64,000 nt of DNA from Ranitomeya imitator (lineage: Eukaryota): positions 179,180,001 through 179,244,000 of the forward strand of contig NC_091288.1 of assembly GCF_032444005.1 (NCBI RefSeq), written 5' to 3'. This document shows, piece after piece, positions 61,219-64,000 of this stretch (position 1 is the stretch's first letter; the number at the start of each line of letters is the position of its first letter). The notes beneath the pieces were generated by a model. That model made no database searches and was not told the DNA's origin. It worked only from the letters and a program-made list of their open reading frames with translations. Both the position numbers and the translations under genes were made by a program.

Positions 61219-63376
61219 CTTGGTAGACTGATAAAGATAGGCAGAAAAGTACTAAGGGCTTAGTGTGCTTATTCCTGAACAGCTGCTAACAGGTATAAGA
61301 AACACTAATTTTATAAAGTGTGGGCTAGACTTTAATATGAGCTAATGTGGCCTACACAACTGTAAAGTGGAATATTTGTTGAACTTTATTAACTTTTTGT
61401 TTTCTTCCCAAAAAGACACTGGATGTGCCCAAAGATGTAAAACCGATAGTATCACAAACTTTTTGTAGCTATTACAATGCAGGAAGGTAACCTACAATGC
61501 AATAGATGAGGCTCCAAAAAATAGGCTAATACTAATCTGTCTGGGGCTGCAGGGCACAAGCCAGCAGAAAGGCTCCTCTATCTACTCCTATATAGTGTTT
61601 GCACACAATCTAGCTGGATACGGATGGAAACACACTAATAGGAGAAATCAGGCAAAATGTGCAGCAGCACTAATGACGCACGCTGAGCGGACTACAACCA
61701 GATGTGGCTGCAGAACACACTGCAGCGTGAGCTGCACTCACACACAGAGACCTCGCAGACAGCCATGAACAGCGCTGCAAGGCAAAAAAAAGCTTCTCAC
61801 ATAGCGGTTGCTAAATTAGCCTGGTAAAGCAAAATGAAGCAAATCGCTATCTCAAACTGTCCCTCAGTCAGAACAGCAGCGTCCTGTCCCTAACTGAATT
61901 CACAACAGAGTGAACCCAAAATGGCGGCGGCGGCTTTTATAGTGCATCATGACATCATTTCAGCAGCCAATCACAGCCATGCCATTAGTTATATGCCTAA
62001 CATGCATAACAGGATGTGCCCACACTTCTTAGGATTCCTCATTGGCTGAATTAAATCAAACTGGCTCATTGCATTATGGGAACTTCTGATTCCGGTATTC
62101 GATATTGCAAAAGTATCGGAACTCAGTATCGGAACTCCGATACCGCGAATATCGGCTGATACCCGATATTGCAGTATCGGAATGTGTACTGAAACCTTTA
62201 GTATTGTGACCATCTTCCTTATAGGGGCCCAATCATGACTATATGTCTGTCTCTAACCATTGCATTCCTTATTGCCAATTAATTCTGCATCTTACCATAT
62301 TAGTTGGAGGTCGCAATGATTTCCATCTCAGATCTGCCTATATAATATCTATGTCTATTAGGTAGGAATATAAATCATTTTTTTATATTTGCAGAACGAA
62401 ACGTGCAAATGAACTCAAGGTCTTCACATCACAATAAGGAACCTGATATATGGTTGCAATCAAAATTATTCTACTCCCATCTCAAATTAAGTTTAAGTGC
62501 AAACTTTATACTTTTTGATGTTTGCCAATCAACCAGTCAAACAAGAAAAATAGCGGAACAACTAACAAAAGTGATTTATTAATTTATTAACACTGGCTTT
62601 TCATATCTCAGTCTAAGTAAGGGCCATATGGGACTACAACATGCCGAATAAGACCGCAGTAGTCAGTAAAGTTGGCATTTTGTGCTGAGTTTGGAATAAC
62701 CATTTGTTTTATTAGTTGTGTTGTGCTGTTTAAATTTGTTTTTGTCTCATTGTTTTATTGCAAACAGCAGAAATCTTGTATATTTTGCTAATAACCCTAT
62801 TTTGTAATGGAGATTGAATCATTTTGATTGCAAAAGTAACTTTCTAATAAAAGTGTAATACTAAGTATACTAGAATTAACCCTTAGAACATGCTATATTT
62901 GGGACTATTGTAGTCCAACGCTCTGCAAAAATAATTGAATGTAGCTTTGTAACTGAGTGTATCATATATGTGAAAAGTGACTTTCCTGAGTTTACATCAC
63001 TGGCAAATTCTGGTAGAAGCACCCAAGTGTAGAATTGGCTAACGTATAAGAAATGTGAACGGGGATCGCATTAGCACAGATGTCTGCAGTGATTGCAGCT
63101 CTGATAATTACGCTTCATTAGTACACAAAATGACAATCTTTGTCTTGCTCAGGAATACTTGAGGAGGTAAGGAAACAACCTTATTTATCTCATCATTTGC
63201 AGTGAAGTCAGCATCGTATAACTGACAGGATAACTTAGTTCTGGCTCTTGATATGATTATTACAAAGATATCAAATTAAATTTTTTTTTTACATTGTTCT
63301 TTTCCACAAAAAAAATCATTGACCACTAACAGTAATTTTTCTGTTTGGATTTGTCATTGGTATACAGTTGAATTAA

Positions 63377-63933
63377 AGGGAACCTGTCACCCCCAAAATC
63401 GAAGGTGAGCTAAGCCCACCGGCATCAGGGGCTTATCTACAGCATTCTGGAATGCTGTAGATAAGCCCCCGATGTATCCTGAAAGATGACAAAAAGAGGT
63501 TAGATTCTACTCATCTGGGGGGCGGTTCGATCCGATGGGTGTCGCGGTCCGGTCCGGGGCCTCCCATCTTCTTACGATGCTGTCCTCTTCTTGTCTTCAT
63601 GCTGTGGCTCTGGCGCAGGTGTACTTTGTCTACCCTGTTGAGGGCAGAGCAAAGTACTGCAGTGCGCAGGCGCCGGGCCTCTCTGACCTTTCCTGGCGCC
63701 TGCGCACTGCAGTACTTTTCTCTGTCCTCAACAGGGCAGACAAAGTACGCTGGAGCCGCAGCATGAATACAAGAGAGGACGTCATTGTAAGAAGATGGGA
63801 GGCCCCGGACCGGACCACGACGCCCATCAGACCAGAACCGGACCAGGACCACCACTGGGTGAGTATAATCTAACCTCTTTTTCTCATCTTTCAGGATACA
63901 TCGGGGCTCGATTTTGGAGTTGACAGGTTTCCT
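63377..63933. mobile_element. T2/Kolobok-type MITE, fold-back
   Basis: TTAA-AGGGAACCTGTCA ... TGACAGGTTTCCT-TTAA; internal inverted symmetry. Confidence 0.92.
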
Positions 63934-64000
63934 TTAAAGGGTTTCTACATTGGGAACTGAGTGGAGCTGATACCCTGTGGTGAAACCATACCCACCAAGA

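Larger units (their letters stand above)
58175..62184 (-). mobile_element. Defective hAT transposon (~4 kb)
   Basis: TAGTGTTGAG terminus with CCGATA arrays at 58175. The other end matches the 7124 MITE up to ...atcggaatg but lacks the last ~10 bp. Contains transposase remnants. Confidence 0.9.

Overview
Repeat-saturated vertebrate genomic DNA. The transposon families (T2/Kolobok, hAT, PIF/Harbinger and piggyBac MITEs, minisatellite-bearing Helitrons, CR1) suggest an anuran amphibian (inference). No host gene is identified with confidence; only weak small-exon candidates are present. Main elements: (1) an intact-ORF DD34E Tc1 transposon (14798-16404) nested in a Helitron end, itself inside an older Tc1 relic; (2) a young BEL/Pao LTR retrotransposon (23603-34792, LTRs ~99% identical, 5-bp TSD) with deleted gag and an integrase split by a hAT element carrying a 42-bp minisatellite, plus a microhomology-flanked inverted copy of part of that hAT; (3) a chromovirus-like Ty3/Gypsy family (two solo LTRs, one LTR+gag remnant); (4) a decayed BED-finger hAT transposon (58175-62184) whose termini match a palindromic MITE at 7124-7898; (5) Helitrons, Penelope-like remnants with minimal hammerhead-like motifs, and LINE scraps. 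Top finding: the BEL element has no tRNA-type PBS. Its PBS is instead complementary (13 nt perfect, 16 nt with one bulge) to a sequence created only by splicing a 277-nt GT-AG intron out of its own LTR, suggesting splicing-dependent self-priming. The Gypsy family separately shows Tf1/sushi-type self-priming complementarity. Almost all long ORFs in the track outside the transposases/pol are repeat artefacts.
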